From a virus (Duplodnaviria; Caudoviricetes), in the IMG/VR virus record IMGVR_UViG_3300046777_001724, positions 1-60,892 of that record: DNA of 60,892 nucleotides. One strand, given 5' to 3'. Positions within the stretch are counted from its first letter, which is position 1. Each line of letters opens with the position of its first letter. Below are positions 20,110 through 29,867 of this stretch, in pieces. A model generated the notes under the pieces. It was not told the DNA's origin. It did not search any database and was given only the letters and a program-made list of their open reading frames with translations. A program made the translations under genes and the position numbers.

Positions 20110-20382
20110 ATAAAAACAAGAAAGAAAACCCTCTATTGGTCGTCCGCTCGGACCAGTAGGGGGTTTTTCTTTTATGGGTAGGACCCAAACTACATAAGGA
20201 GCACACGTGTGTTTAAAAGACATTGACAAATTACATAGACAGATGACGAGTAGAACTATTTAACTAGGTCAGTATGATTAGTTACTTTAATCTTTTTTTA
20301 TGGGTAGATCTCAGGCCTCAGGTCTGGTAAACCCAACCGCCGATGGTCGGCCACCATCAACACTGCATCATGGAGGTGCAAA

Positions 20383-22962
20383 ATGAAGCTCAATCGAGCC
20401 TCAGACCATCCCGGGGCAAATCAGCCACCGGGCAACCCAGAGGGTAACAACCCTCGCAACGGAAAGGGGGAAGCGATGAAGATCATCACATTCCTTCGCA
20501 GTCAATTCCGTGTCGTAACCAATTCGGTAACGGCTGAGGAAAAGGCTGCATACGACGAGTCCATCAAGACACGTCGTCCACAAACCATCAACGGCAACAC
20601 CGTGATGGCAGTCCAGACAGGTGAGTGGATCTACTCACTCCTGGAGAACAAGCTCAACACACGGGGCATCAAGTTCCGTTTGGGCATGATCAGCATTCAA
20701 GACTTGCAGAACGGCATCAGGCACAACTGGTGGACCGTTGACTCGCTCGTCGACGACTGCACTCATGCATGGGCAAACGCAAGCTATGCCTTCTTCTTGA
20801 AGGTTGAGAACATGCGCAGCAATACCAGTGAGATCATTAAGGACTTCGGTCTGGAAGAACTCGGCTTGTTGGCTCTCGACTCAAAGAAGACGAGCAAGCG
20901 TTCACAGGAAATCACACGCATCACACAGGTACGTGCATCTGGAAAGATGGAAATGCTTGATTACGAGGTCTTTGACTCTGGTGATCAGCAGGAAATCTTC
21001 TTCGATGGACCAATCATGGTGCGTGAAAGCTTCCTGCTCAAGGCAGCATTCCGTATCCGTGATGAGCGTGTTCGCAAGCATCACATTTGGATGATCAAGT
21101 CCGGTGAAATCGGACCAATGATCGCTCGTATCCAGATGGATAAGGGTCTCATCAAGGGACTTTTGCGAGCCGTACCGGACGACCAGATCAACAGCGACAT
21201 TGTGTTCCATAAGAGCGCATTGAAGCCTGAGATCAAGTCTACGGACGGATACTGGCATTTCACTGCCTTCCGTTTGAATGTCCTCGGCAAGAAGCTGTGG
21301 GACATGCAGACTGCTGTCAACAACCACAACTGGCTGTACACAGAAGAGCGTTTCTATGAGGATCTTGGGACAATTGTTCCTGAGCTTCAGGCAACGCTTG
21401 ACAGTGGTGAGCTTCCTTCCTGGATTCTTCATCAGCACGACGAAAAGCATGATGATGATGGCATTCCCGTCATCGAGCATGCAACGGCGTACTGGTCAGA
21501 TCAGGCACGTAAGTTCTCTCACGTCAGATGGCAGAACAATGGTCTTCCGATTAGCGCATCGGCAAACATCATTCGCATGGCTTTCGGGTCAGTTGTGAAT
21601 CAGATGACTGCTGCTCGCAAGCGTAAGTCCATGTGGGTTCCGAAGTCACATGCATTTGCTGCACCGTGTATCACTGCTGAGGCATTGACACAAATGGGTG
21701 GCTACCAGCATGAGGACTGGATGAACTACTACGTCTGGTACATGCCTAACGTGGGACTCGTTGTTCCTGGTTCACGTTTTGCGGAGACTGTGTCTTTGCA
21801 CGACGGAATGGACTCGGACGGTGACGTTCTGAGCGTCGAACACATCATGCTGTGGTCTTCTGATGAAGAAGTGACTGAGCGTCGTAAGGAACAGGGTATT
21901 GTCCCTGCTTTCATGACGGTGCCAAGCACTCCTGAAGAAGCAATTCATGCAGGTGTAATGATGCGCAGTCCGAACGGTCCGGGTGGATACTCGATCCAGT
22001 TGATTGACCACGAGAACATGCCATTCATGCATACTTCGACAAAGCTGCAGGTCATTGACCTTGCTAGCACACCGGAGTCGCTGGATGACTTGCTCTACGA
22101 AGTGGGAGCTCAGCCAATCGATGGTTTCCAGACCTACACGAATCAGCCAATGAGCCGTGACAATGCCAAGGAGATGATCAAAGCACAACTTGCCAACCCT
22201 GGTGTTGGTTCGTATGCAAATGCGATCATGTTCTGGGCTGCAGCAAACGGTCCGAGCTATCCCGACTTCCTCCTTACGGACAACAACTCAATCGTTGATA
22301 TCTGTCAGCAAACGGCAGATCTTGACGCATTCGAGATGATTGCTGAAGGCGTGAAGTCCATGTGGGACGAAATGGCAGCATGTGACATGGAGGTTGATGA
22401 ATTCATCCTTCATACTCGTGTTCCCAAGAAGTTCCGGGAGAATCCGGATGAAACGGCATGGACCATTGTTGATGGATCATGGAGCAGAATGAATCGTCGT
22501 TACCTTGCGACGATCAAAGAGCTCAACGACATCATCTCTGAAGGATCTTTCAAGATTCGTCAGCAGAGCTGGTTGGTTGAATCTCTCATCAACAAGATTC
22601 CGACACTTTCACCTGAGACTGTTCAGTGGGCTCGTACCTTCCGCATGAAGTATGAGAACATGTTGACCAGCGTCGATGCAAAGTACAACGAATTCGATGG
22701 AGACAACATTGACCGCTTCATCAAGATGATGGCAGCTGCAAATCGTTCCGACGAAGTTGCTGTCATTGTTCAGATGATGGTGGATGAAATCATGGAAACC
22801 TCCTACCCGGAGAAGTATGCGGTGGCTCTCTACCGTTACATGATCGATCCAAAGTACTCCACTTACAAGTGGGGCGTCTCGGACCGTGTCATCTTCCAAG
22901 GCGGAAAGCCTGGTCAAACGACAGTGATGGACCTGTTCATCGAGGGAATCACCTCCCTCTAG
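20383..22962 (+). CDS. Single-subunit two-barrel (YonO/RdRP-like) RNA polymerase candidate 1
   Basis: FDGPIMV, ARIQ..GLIKG, GMDSDGD (DSDGD at 21811-21825), RSP, VGSYAN, IVD; alternative start 20476. Confidence 0.72.
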   Translation: MKLNRASDHPGANQPPGNPEGNNPRNGKGEAMKIITFLRSQFRVVTNSVTAEEKAAYDESIKTRRPQTINGNTVMAVQTGEWIYSLLENKLNTRGIKFRLGMISIQDLQNGIRHNWWTVDSLVDDCTHAWANASYAFFLKVENMRSNTSEIIKDFGLEELGLLALDSKKTSKRSQEITRITQVRASGKMEMLDYEVFDSGDQQEIFFDGPIMVRESFLLKAAFRIRDERVRKHHIWMIKSGEIGPMIARIQMDKGLIKGLLRAVPDDQINSDIVFHKSALKPEIKSTDGYWHFTAFRLNVLGKKLWDMQTAVNNHNWLYTEERFYEDLGTIVPELQATLDSGELPSWILHQHDEKHDDDGIPVIEHATAYWSDQARKFSHVRWQNNGLPISASANIIRMAFGSVVNQMTAARKRKSMWVPKSHAFAAPCITAEALTQMGGYQHEDWMNYYVWYMPNVGLVVPGSRFAETVSLHDGMDSDGDVLSVEHIMLWSSDEEVTERRKEQGIVPAFMTVPSTPEEAIHAGVMMRSPNGPGGYSIQLIDHENMPFMHTSTKLQVIDLASTPESLDDLLYEVGAQPIDGFQTYTNQPMSRDNAKEMIKAQLANPGVGSYANAIMFWAAANGPSYPDFLLTDNNSIVDICQQTADLDAFEMIAEGVKSMWDEMAACDMEVDEFILHTRVPKKFRENPDETAWTIVDGSWSRMNRRYLATIKELNDIISEGSFKIRQQSWLVESLINKIPTLSPETVQWARTFRMKYENMLTSVDAKYNEFDGDNIDRFIKMMAAANRSDEVAVIVQMMVDEIMETSYPEKYAVALYRYMIDPKYSTYKWGVSDRVIFQGGKPGQTTVMDLFIEGITSL

Positions 22963-23094
22963 ACAAACCGCAAAAAGGCGGAAAATGATCCTACGGGATC
23001 CTGAGACTGGAGTGCCCCTGGGGAAACCTGGGGGCATTCCTTTTATGAGTAGGTCTATGACCTCACTCTAGGGGCCTGAGCCGAAGCTACAGGA

Positions 23095-23180
23095 GGAACC
23101 ATGCAATGATGCAAGCATGAACAGTCGGGAGACTGTAGTACAAAAGCGCATTAGGTAACACGTGGAACCTTAACCATGTG
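23095..23180 (+). ncRNA. Structured 5' leader, copy C (two 3' pseudoknots)
   Basis: GGAACCATGC..GCATG..GCATTAGG..CACGTGG..CCT..CCATGTG. Confidence 0.55.
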
Positions 23181-23201
23181 CAACAAAGAAAGGGGCCAGA
23201 A

Positions 23202-23843
23202 ATGGCACTCACAATCCTGCAGGCGATCCTCGCGGTCGTCTTGCACAACAACCAGTCCATGGAGGAGGCATTTGCCTTCTTCGCCGTCAACACCCGGGAT
23301 GGGTTCACCTACCAGAATGGTAGCGTCCACAAGATCGACTGGATCCGTGGCGAGAACACTGCTCCGTACTACCGCATCGACAAGAAGGGTCGCCTCTTCG
23401 TCGCTCGCAAGTTCGAGAACATTTCATCTTGGGCAATCGACACCAACAAGGTCAAGAACAACCTGCGTGTCAAGCCTGCAATGATCCAGATGAACGTGCT
23501 TCGTGCGTCTGGAAAGCGTGGTGGATACCTCATTCGCCTGCACGTGCAGACTCCGATCTTGGCTCGCACCAAGAAGTTCCAGTTCCACGGCAAGTGGGTT
23601 GGATACTGGGCAAGCGAAACCATGTTGCAGAGCGGCATCTGGACCAAGTCAGCCAACGGAAAGTTTGGTAAGGCGACTTTGATCAACGACGTCATCAGCT
23701 ACGAAACTGTCATGAAGTCCGTGGAGATGCTGAACCATGCCCTGGATAAGGACCGAAACACCAATCTGGTAATCGGTGCCAACAGCATGTTCGGCAAGTC
23801 GTACACCGCAGAAGAATGGATGAACAAGTCCGACCTCTTCTGA
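23202..23843 (+). CDS. Basic hypothetical protein
   Basis: AAAGGGG SD before ATG 23202; strongly GC-ending codons. Confidence 0.8.
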   Translation: MALTILQAILAVVLHNNQSMEEAFAFFAVNTRDGFTYQNGSVHKIDWIRGENTAPYYRIDKKGRLFVARKFENISSWAIDTNKVKNNLRVKPAMIQMNVLRASGKRGGYLIRLHVQTPILARTKKFQFHGKWVGYWASETMLQSGIWTKSANGKFGKATLINDVISYETVMKSVEMLNHALDKDRNTNLVIGANSMFGKSYTAEEWMNKSDLF

Positions 23844-23989
23844 TCCGAAAATCAGACAACAAGGAGATGCCCTGGGGAAACCTGGGGCATTTTCTTTATG
23901 GGTAGATTTTAGACCTCAAGTCGACCCAACTGTTAAAGAATGATGCAGTTATTAAATTATCATTCACTAACATGTCTCTAGGAGGAGCC

Positions 23990-24241
23990 ATGACACCAGT
24001 AAAGAAGTGCTACGCCTGCAAGGGTGTACACACCAACCACAACGAGCAGATCAATTGCTACCGCATCCACGGTCTGCTCATCGAAGCCAACGAGATGGGT
24101 AAGCCCGTCGCAAAGAAGGCTGTCATCACTGACCCTGACCGCATCGTCATCGTGACCTGCGGTTGGGGTAACGCTGCACACAAGTGGGAGACCACTAAGG
24201 CAGAAGCCATCGAACACAAGGCGTGCCCAGAGCACCGCTAA
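23990..24241 (+). CDS. Small Cys/His-rich protein
   Basis: AGGAGG SD before ATG 23990. Confidence 0.75.
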   Translation: MTPVKKCYACKGVHTNHNEQINCYRIHGLLIEANEMGKPVAKKAVITDPDRIVIVTCGWGNAAHKWETTKAEAIEHKACPEHR

Positions 24242-24311
24242 AGGTTCACATTTGACATCGGTGGGGGTGAGAGGTCCACTTCCACCACGTCACAACAGAA
24301 AGGAGCCAGAA

Positions 24312-24605
24312 ATGGCTTTATACTCAACACACTGCACCAATCCAGGCTGTAAGTGTGGCAATCCACCACTTCCTAAATACCCATCGGGTAACAGAAGTAA
24401 AATGTGGGCCTACTGTAATGACTGTTACGCTCGGATCTTTCCAAAAGCAGCAGCCAAGAAAGGCATCACAACCACAACAAAGGTGATCAAGCAGACTACT
24501 GACACCAAGATCATGGAGCGTTGCTCACGCTGTTGCGGGGTTTATGACCCTCAGACCGTGTTCAATCCGGACATGTTCTTGTGTTGGTTCTGCTACCAAC
24601 ACTGA
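24312..24605 (+). CDS. Cys-rich double zinc-finger-like protein
   Basis: AAAGGAG SD before ATG 24312. Confidence 0.75.
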   Translation: MALYSTHCTNPGCKCGNPPLPKYPSGNRSKMWAYCNDCYARIFPKAAAKKGITTTTKVIKQTTDTKIMERCSRCCGVYDPQTVFNPDMFLCWFCYQH

Positions 24606-25071
24606 CAAACAATAAAAAAGAAATTCTTTCCCCTGGGGACTTCTGTCCCTGGGGGTTTTCTTTTATGGGTAATTCCTAAGTCGCTTCAGTGTACTTAGTC
24701 TGAGTAGTATTTAAAGTATCTAGTTAGTCTCATATGTCTGATTAGTTATTCTAAATCCCCCTTCGGGGTTTGCGTAGTCTTCAGGCTGCGTCGCTCTTCT
24801 AAAGTTTCGTCTGGAGATTTACCTTTCCACAAACTCAAGAAAAATAGGGGCTCACATGCCCACAAGTCTACCACTCGGAAGAGAGAGAAAAATAGGGGCT
24901 CATATGCCTCTTCCTCTCACTCCGTGTGGGGAAAAATAGGGGACACTCCCTACGCCGCGACTGGCCTGCCTTCACTGGTGGTAATGCGTACTGTGTCACC
25001 AAAAATAGGGGTAATCCCCTGCGCCGATGGACGCCCTCCATCAACCAGAGCATCTACTACAAGGAGTAACC

Positions 25072-25572
25072 ATGCTGCTCGCAACACGAGTTGGTCAACC
25101 TACGACCAACACCCACAACCGCAAGGACGGTTCGGGTTCGTTCACCTCAGAGTCCACACCCATCGAGTTCCACGGGTTCGATGTCGATCCAGCCACAGGT
25201 TTCATCACCGTCGACTGGGGCATCAAGCACACCCTCTGGACCAGCGATGCTGAAGTCATTGCTACGGCAATCGAGTCAAACTGGAACGCATCCACCTCTG
25301 GATTCGTTCTCTGCCTCGACGCAGCTCGCACCAAGATTGGTGACAACGGACTCCACAAGGTTGAGTTCAAGACCCGCAACGGTGAAGACAAGTCCATTCT
25401 CCAGCGGTCCATCTGGATCGTCGGAGACGCAACTTGGGACTTCATCGCCCGTCCTGTGTCGAGCGACCGTGGCAACCTCGCTGCTGCCCGTGCTAAGGCT
25501 GGCTTGTCCGCCACTGCACCTCGCATCGAGACCACCGTCACCGTGGACACCTCGGTCAAGCCTTTCGGCTGA
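25072..25572 (+). CDS. Hypothetical protein (beta-rich, possible SSB/OB-like), ends DTSVKPFG
   Basis: AAGGAG SD before ATG 25072; strong GC-ending codon bias. Confidence 0.75.
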   Translation: MLLATRVGQPTTNTHNRKDGSGSFTSESTPIEFHGFDVDPATGFITVDWGIKHTLWTSDAEVIATAIESNWNASTSGFVLCLDAARTKIGDNGLHKVEFKTRNGEDKSILQRSIWIVGDATWDFIARPVSSDRGNLAAARAKAGLSATAPRIETTVTVDTSVKPFG

Positions 25573-25844
25573 CCACTAACCCATCCATCCCTGAAGGGGT
25601 GTCGGGTCCTGCAATATGGACTCGGCACTCCTTCTAAAAAAAATATCCGTAGTTCCTTCGCCATGTAGAACTTAGATATCTTACTACCCAGATCGCTGCA
25701 TGGCACCTCCCGGCTGACGTGGGAGTGATCAGTTCTTTACCCCTTTCTGACTGGTCACTCTCACTGACGCTGAGTAAAAAAATTTAAAATAGTTTCCATA
25801 TCGGACACTTAGATTAAAAATAGGGGACAATAAAGGAGATTACC

Positions 25845-26078
25845 ATGGCCCTGTTCAACTTTAGCAATGAAAGTCGTAACACCTATGTTCAAACGAACAT
25901 GTGCCGGCATTGCAAAGAAATCAATTCAATCATCGTTGACATGGACGCATTCACTCAATGGCGTACAGGAAAGCTCTTTATCCAAGATGCATTTCCCCAT
26001 TTGTCTGCAGATGATCGTGAAATTATGATATCTGGCACGCATATTGCTTGCTGGAATAAAATGTTCCCAGAAGAATAA
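25845..26078 (+). CDS. Phage Zn-ribbon protein (IQDAFPHLSADDREIMISG type)
   Basis: AAAGGAG SD, CxxC, recognisable phage motif. Confidence 0.8.
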   Translation: MALFNFSNESRNTYVQTNMCRHCKEINSIIVDMDAFTQWRTGKLFIQDAFPHLSADDREIMISGTHIACWNKMFPEE

Positions 26079-26201
26079 GGAGGATCCAATGTGGACATGT
26101 AATTGCTGCGGTTCTGACAATGAACCAAAGTATGATTATTGCCCGTACTGTGAAGAATGTGGTTGTACAAAAAACAACCCTCGTTGTGAAGAAGTAAACA
26201 A

Positions 26202-26387
26202 ATGACTTCTTGTACAGATTGTAAAAAATATTATTGCTACAACAAAAACTGTAAATACTTTCAAGAAAGACGAAAGAAAGACAGAGATTTAGCATTGACT
26301 CGTCCAGACCCTGAATATACTCAATGGGTACTTAGTCAAATTTTTAATTCACTTATTAAACAAATCAAAGAAGGAAAGGAAAAATAA
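26202..26387 (+). CDS. Hypothetical protein
   Basis: ORF track, operon packing. Confidence 0.55.
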   Translation: MTSCTDCKKYYCYNKNCKYFQERRKKDRDLALTRPDPEYTQWVLSQIFNSLIKQIKEGKEK

Positions 26388-26391
26388 CAAC

Positions 26392-26631
26392 ATGTCAGAA
26401 ATAAGAGTTGAAAACGGACTTCGTTTTCTTGCAGCCATTTCACGTGATCACTTACGTGAATTCATTGACCTAGTTCATACACACATGGGACCTGCAGCAG
26501 AACCTCAATTGCTTATCCACAGTGATGAAACACCTGTTGAAGGAATCTTCCTTAATCAGTTTCATATGAACAACTTGTCACCACTACAAAATAGAATTTA
26601 TAATTCTAAACTCGACAGAGGAGAATTGTAA
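26392..26631 (+). CDS. Hypothetical protein
   Basis: SD, ORF track. Confidence 0.65.
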   Translation: MSEIRVENGLRFLAAISRDHLREFIDLVHTHMGPAAEPQLLIHSDETPVEGIFLNQFHMNNLSPLQNRIYNSKLDRGEL

Positions 26632-26755
26632 GATGATACTTAACATTTTACTTTTAATCAACTTAGTTGGTCTTGCTTTCATCTACAACATCAACAAGAA
26701 AGTTAAATAAAAAATAGGGGAAGTTCAAAAGAACTTATCTATCAATAGGAGAAAA

Positions 26756-26974
26756 ATGAAGTCACTTGTGAAAACATTTCGAATTCTAAACGTTGGATTC
26801 ATGCTTGGCGTAGCTTTCATGGCCTGGCTGTACAACGATGAAATCGAAGCAGGCAAAAAGACAACTAAAGAAGATTCCAATCCCGGAAAACTTCTTGGTG
26901 ACAAAGAATATGCAGCATCACTCGATGATCTGTATAACCACTACCTAGCAAAGGAAAAACTCAAAAATGCGTAA
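26756..26974 (+). CDS. Small TM protein
   Basis: AGGAG SD; hydrophobic N-terminus. Confidence 0.7.
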   Translation: MKSLVKTFRILNVGFMLGVAFMAWLYNDEIEAGKKTTKEDSNPGKLLGDKEYAASLDDLYNHYLAKEKLKNA

Positions 26975-27067
26975 GCACATCACTGTAGCTTTCACTACCA
27001 TCTGCTTCGTCATCGGCATCTACGCCGGCGACAAAGCACGAACACTTTACACCTCAAGGAGTAAATA

Positions 27068-27361
27068 ATGAACACCATTACCCACGTACAAGCCCTCGAG
27101 TTGATTGATGTGGCGGCTCAAGAAAACCGCCTCTATCATCACAATGGGGGACAAGCTTACATTCGTGTAAGCATGTCGCTCAATGTCTTGATGATTATCG
27201 ACCACACAAGAGCTCACCATCCAGAAATCACATTCCACGACGGCACTAAGTATTTCATTGATTGTGTTAACTACAACTTTGAACATTCACACCGTTTGCG
27301 TGAGCATGGTTCTCTCGCAGAATGGTTTAAGAATACTTATCCAGAAAAGGCAGCAGTCTAA
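27068..27361 (+). CDS. Hypothetical protein
   Basis: AAGGAG SD. Confidence 0.75.
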   Translation: MNTITHVQALELIDVAAQENRLYHHNGGQAYIRVSMSLNVLMIIDHTRAHHPEITFHDGTKYFIDCVNYNFEHSHRLREHGSLAEWFKNTYPEKAAV

Positions 27362-27641
27362 TGGAATGGTACTGGTATATTTCCGGTATTGTAACCACAC
27401 TCTTCGTGCAGTCTCTACTTTTAAACGTAGGACTTGCACGTGGGTGGGTTAAGATTTTCAATCGCCGGCCTCAACAGCAGAAAGCTACACTTTATAATTG
27501 GGAAGATCATTCCGGACCAATTTCTAAAGTATCGTAACAAGCTAATACTCACCTTCTAAAATAGGGGAAAGGAGACTAGTTTGTTCGAATGGCTATTTGA
27601 CCTAATCGCAGAACTAATCGATTCAATATTTGGAGAATAAA

Positions 27642-27872
27642 ATGACCCAAGTTGCAAGGTCTGTGGGAAAACTCACAGGCAAAACTCTTACTGGACTCAA
27701 GAAAGTTAGTAAGAAAACAACAGACATGGCTAAAGAAGCCCCAAAAAAGACCTCTGAAACCGTAACAAAGATCAAAAATGATCTGGTTCAAGGGTTTGTC
27801 CAAGAGACAAATACAAAAATAGGGGTCGTAGAAGATGAAATCATCGATACGACTTCTTCAAATCCACAATAA
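27642..27872 (+). CDS. Lys/Thr-rich hypothetical protein
   Basis: GGAG SD before ATG 27642. Confidence 0.65.
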   Translation: MTQVARSVGKLTGKTLTGLKKVSKKTTDMAKEAPKKTSETVTKIKNDLVQGFVQETNTKIGVVEDEIIDTTSSNPQ

Positions 27873-27919
27873 CCACTATCCATCCACTATCATACAATAA
27901 CAAGAATAGGAAAACTCCA

Positions 27920-28948
27920 ATGTCACTCCTGAATAAATTCGGCATCGAAGCCGACAAGTACAAGGTTGAGGTAGATAACCTCGACTCCTTCGCACGTAAG
28001 TCTAATACAACGACTCTCGTGCTCGACCAGCGTGTAAAGGTTCCTGGCTCGCTCAACGGAATTGCTATCCCAACTTGGGCTACACTCCGTAACGCAGAAT
28101 GGCACCGCATCACTGTCCGTGACCACGAAATCAACCGTGCAGGCGAAGGAACTCGCATCAGCCAGGTAGTCGGACTCTCTTTCCGTAATGTAAAGATTGA
28201 CATCGAAGTTGAAATTGAAGGCCAGCTTATGAGCCTTCAAGACTTCGTTCGCTCCATTGCATCAAGCTTCATCAACGGTGAGACCGACAACGAAGTTCTC
28301 GACAAGGTCATCGCAGACTGTGGCTTGAACTTTGACAACATGCCAATGTTCCTCCAGCAAATGGGAGCTAGCACCAACGGATTTGCCCACGCAATCGAAC
28401 TCTTCAAGAGCGCAGGCGGATACGACGATATGCAGTCTGTCAAGAACAACTCACTGTTCCATACAGCATATGCAATCAACAAGTCAGCTCCTGGCTTGAA
28501 GGTCGTTTCATTCGAAATGGGCTCAGCAGACCGTACACAGTCAGCAACTGGACAGGGTTTCGTAGACCTTATCGACGCTGTTGTTGGAAACTTCATGCGT
28601 ATGTGGGAGCACAAGAGCACAATCACAGCATTGAAGGCTAAGCTTGAACAGCCTGGTCTTTCTCAGGCTCAGACTAAGGACATCAACTCACAGATTGAAG
28701 ACCACGAAAAGATGGTCAAGAACTATGGTTCGTCCTGGTCAGGTGCTGCCCGTCAAATCGACAAGGCAACAAAGCTCCCAATGGCAAAGTACAACCCAAT
28801 GAACATCCTCTGTGGTCGTTGGAACGCACTTGTTGGTGAAACAAACACCGAGTTCGATGTATGGTCAACCTCTGAGAAGGCTCCTTCGGGTGACGTCTCC
28901 AACTTGGTCAAGACACCTGTCATCGACACCACTCAGAAGCCATTCTGA
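27920..28948 (+). CDS. Hypothetical protein (342 aa), ends DTTQKPF
   Basis: Long ORF with strong codon bias. Confidence 0.85.
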   Translation: MSLLNKFGIEADKYKVEVDNLDSFARKSNTTTLVLDQRVKVPGSLNGIAIPTWATLRNAEWHRITVRDHEINRAGEGTRISQVVGLSFRNVKIDIEVEIEGQLMSLQDFVRSIASSFINGETDNEVLDKVIADCGLNFDNMPMFLQQMGASTNGFAHAIELFKSAGGYDDMQSVKNNSLFHTAYAINKSAPGLKVVSFEMGSADRTQSATGQGFVDLIDAVVGNFMRMWEHKSTITALKAKLEQPGLSQAQTKDINSQIEDHEKMVKNYGSSWSGAARQIDKATKLPMAKYNPMNILCGRWNALVGETNTEFDVWSTSEKAPSGDVSNLVKTPVIDTTQKPF

Positions 28949-29089
28949 TTTGGAAAAATAGGGGGCTGCGTGACTAACGCGTCTTAAACGACACTGTGGT
29001 GTGCCCTATTATTCCACAACCCGCATGGTTAGCGGGGAAAATCCTCTCACTGGTATATTGAGAATGTTCTAACCAAATATACCACCCAC

Positions 29090-29170
29090 GGGTGCCTGGA
29101 AGGTAACGAGCTCTACATAAGCCCCCCAGTAGAGACCACATGAATAGGTTCGAATCCTATCACACCCACC
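29090..29170 (+). ncRNA. tRNA-like element without a canonical anticodon loop
   Basis: GGGTG/CACCC acceptor followed by ACC; T-arm ATAGG-TTCGAAT-CCTAT; central stem CTCTAC/GTAGAG with a 12-nt loop. Confidence 0.55.
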
Positions 29171-29645
29171 GAGTACCTTGGATAAGACAAACGCTGTGCT
29201 GCGTTGTGAATGCGAAGCGGGATCATCCGATAAGCAGTCGTGCGGTTAAGATAAGCTTCACATATCTTAACCTACCTGTGAAGCAGGTAGTCCAAGGGAA
29301 AGTCTGCGGGCTGCACGTGTCCGAAACACCTAGTCGCGATAGGTGGCTACAACTAATGTTGGTGATAGGAGATATCCTATTATAGAATGCATCGTAGTAA
29401 GTGAAGTAGACGTGTCGAGATTGATAGAAGACTCGCTTATAATGTCCATGTCTGGTATAAACATGACGCATGTTCTATCATTATACCTTTTAACTCGGTT
29501 GCGAGAGTATAAACAGCGTAATCCTCGGGGTCTGGTACGAGCCCGACATAATCATAGTTGCCTGGCATATGCATCTAAAGCGTCGTACATATATGCCAAA
29601 GATCTCTTTTTTGACTAATTCAATATAATACCAGGAGCAATAACT

Positions 29646-29867
29646 ATGAAGTTTCACGGCGAAATCCAATACGAAACCAACAACGGCAATGTTCACTCTG
29701 ACATCTGCTTCAACTGCAACCCTGATGCTGAAACCAAAGAATACTCAGTGGAACACCGTAAGTTTCTTCACGCCTGCTTGGACGAATGGTTGAACCAGTC
29801 CAACGGCACAGGTGCCTTCTGGGTTGGTGACCCTGAATACTTCGCTTCATGGGAGAATGACTACTAA
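29646..29867 (+). CDS. Hypothetical protein
   Basis: AGGAG SD. Confidence 0.75.
   Translation: MKFHGEIQYETNNGNVHSDICFNCNPDAETKEYSVEHRKFLHACLDEWLNQSNGTGAFWVGDPEYFASWENDY

Larger units (their letters stand above)
16278..24683 (+). promoter_or_regulatory. Dispersed class-1 motif TTTTATGRGTAGR-N4-AGACCT, 14 copies, each at a terminator U-tract
   Basis: Copies start at ~16278, 16752, 17372, 17695, 18184, 18419, 19058, 19592, 19755, 20170, 20296, 23041, 23894 and 24661; all intergenic and same orientation. Confidence 0.85.

Noticed and set aside
16278-24683. CRISPR array or integron attC array
   Set aside because: The repeats are degenerate and separated by 0.1-2.7 kb containing whole genes; no cas gene, integrase or attC R-box structure seen.
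24841-25011. Mini-CRISPR from four AAAATAGGGG copies
   Set aside because: The shared core is only ~10 nt and spacing is irregular (48, 44, 69).
20401-25706. Long antisense and alternate-frame ORFs in the GC-rich region
   Set aside because: Shadows of strong codon bias; no SD or recognisable motifs.
29140-29618. ORFs 29140..29385, 29223..29471 and 29343..29618
   Set aside because: No SD, atypical composition, and they overlap RNA structure; more likely non-coding.
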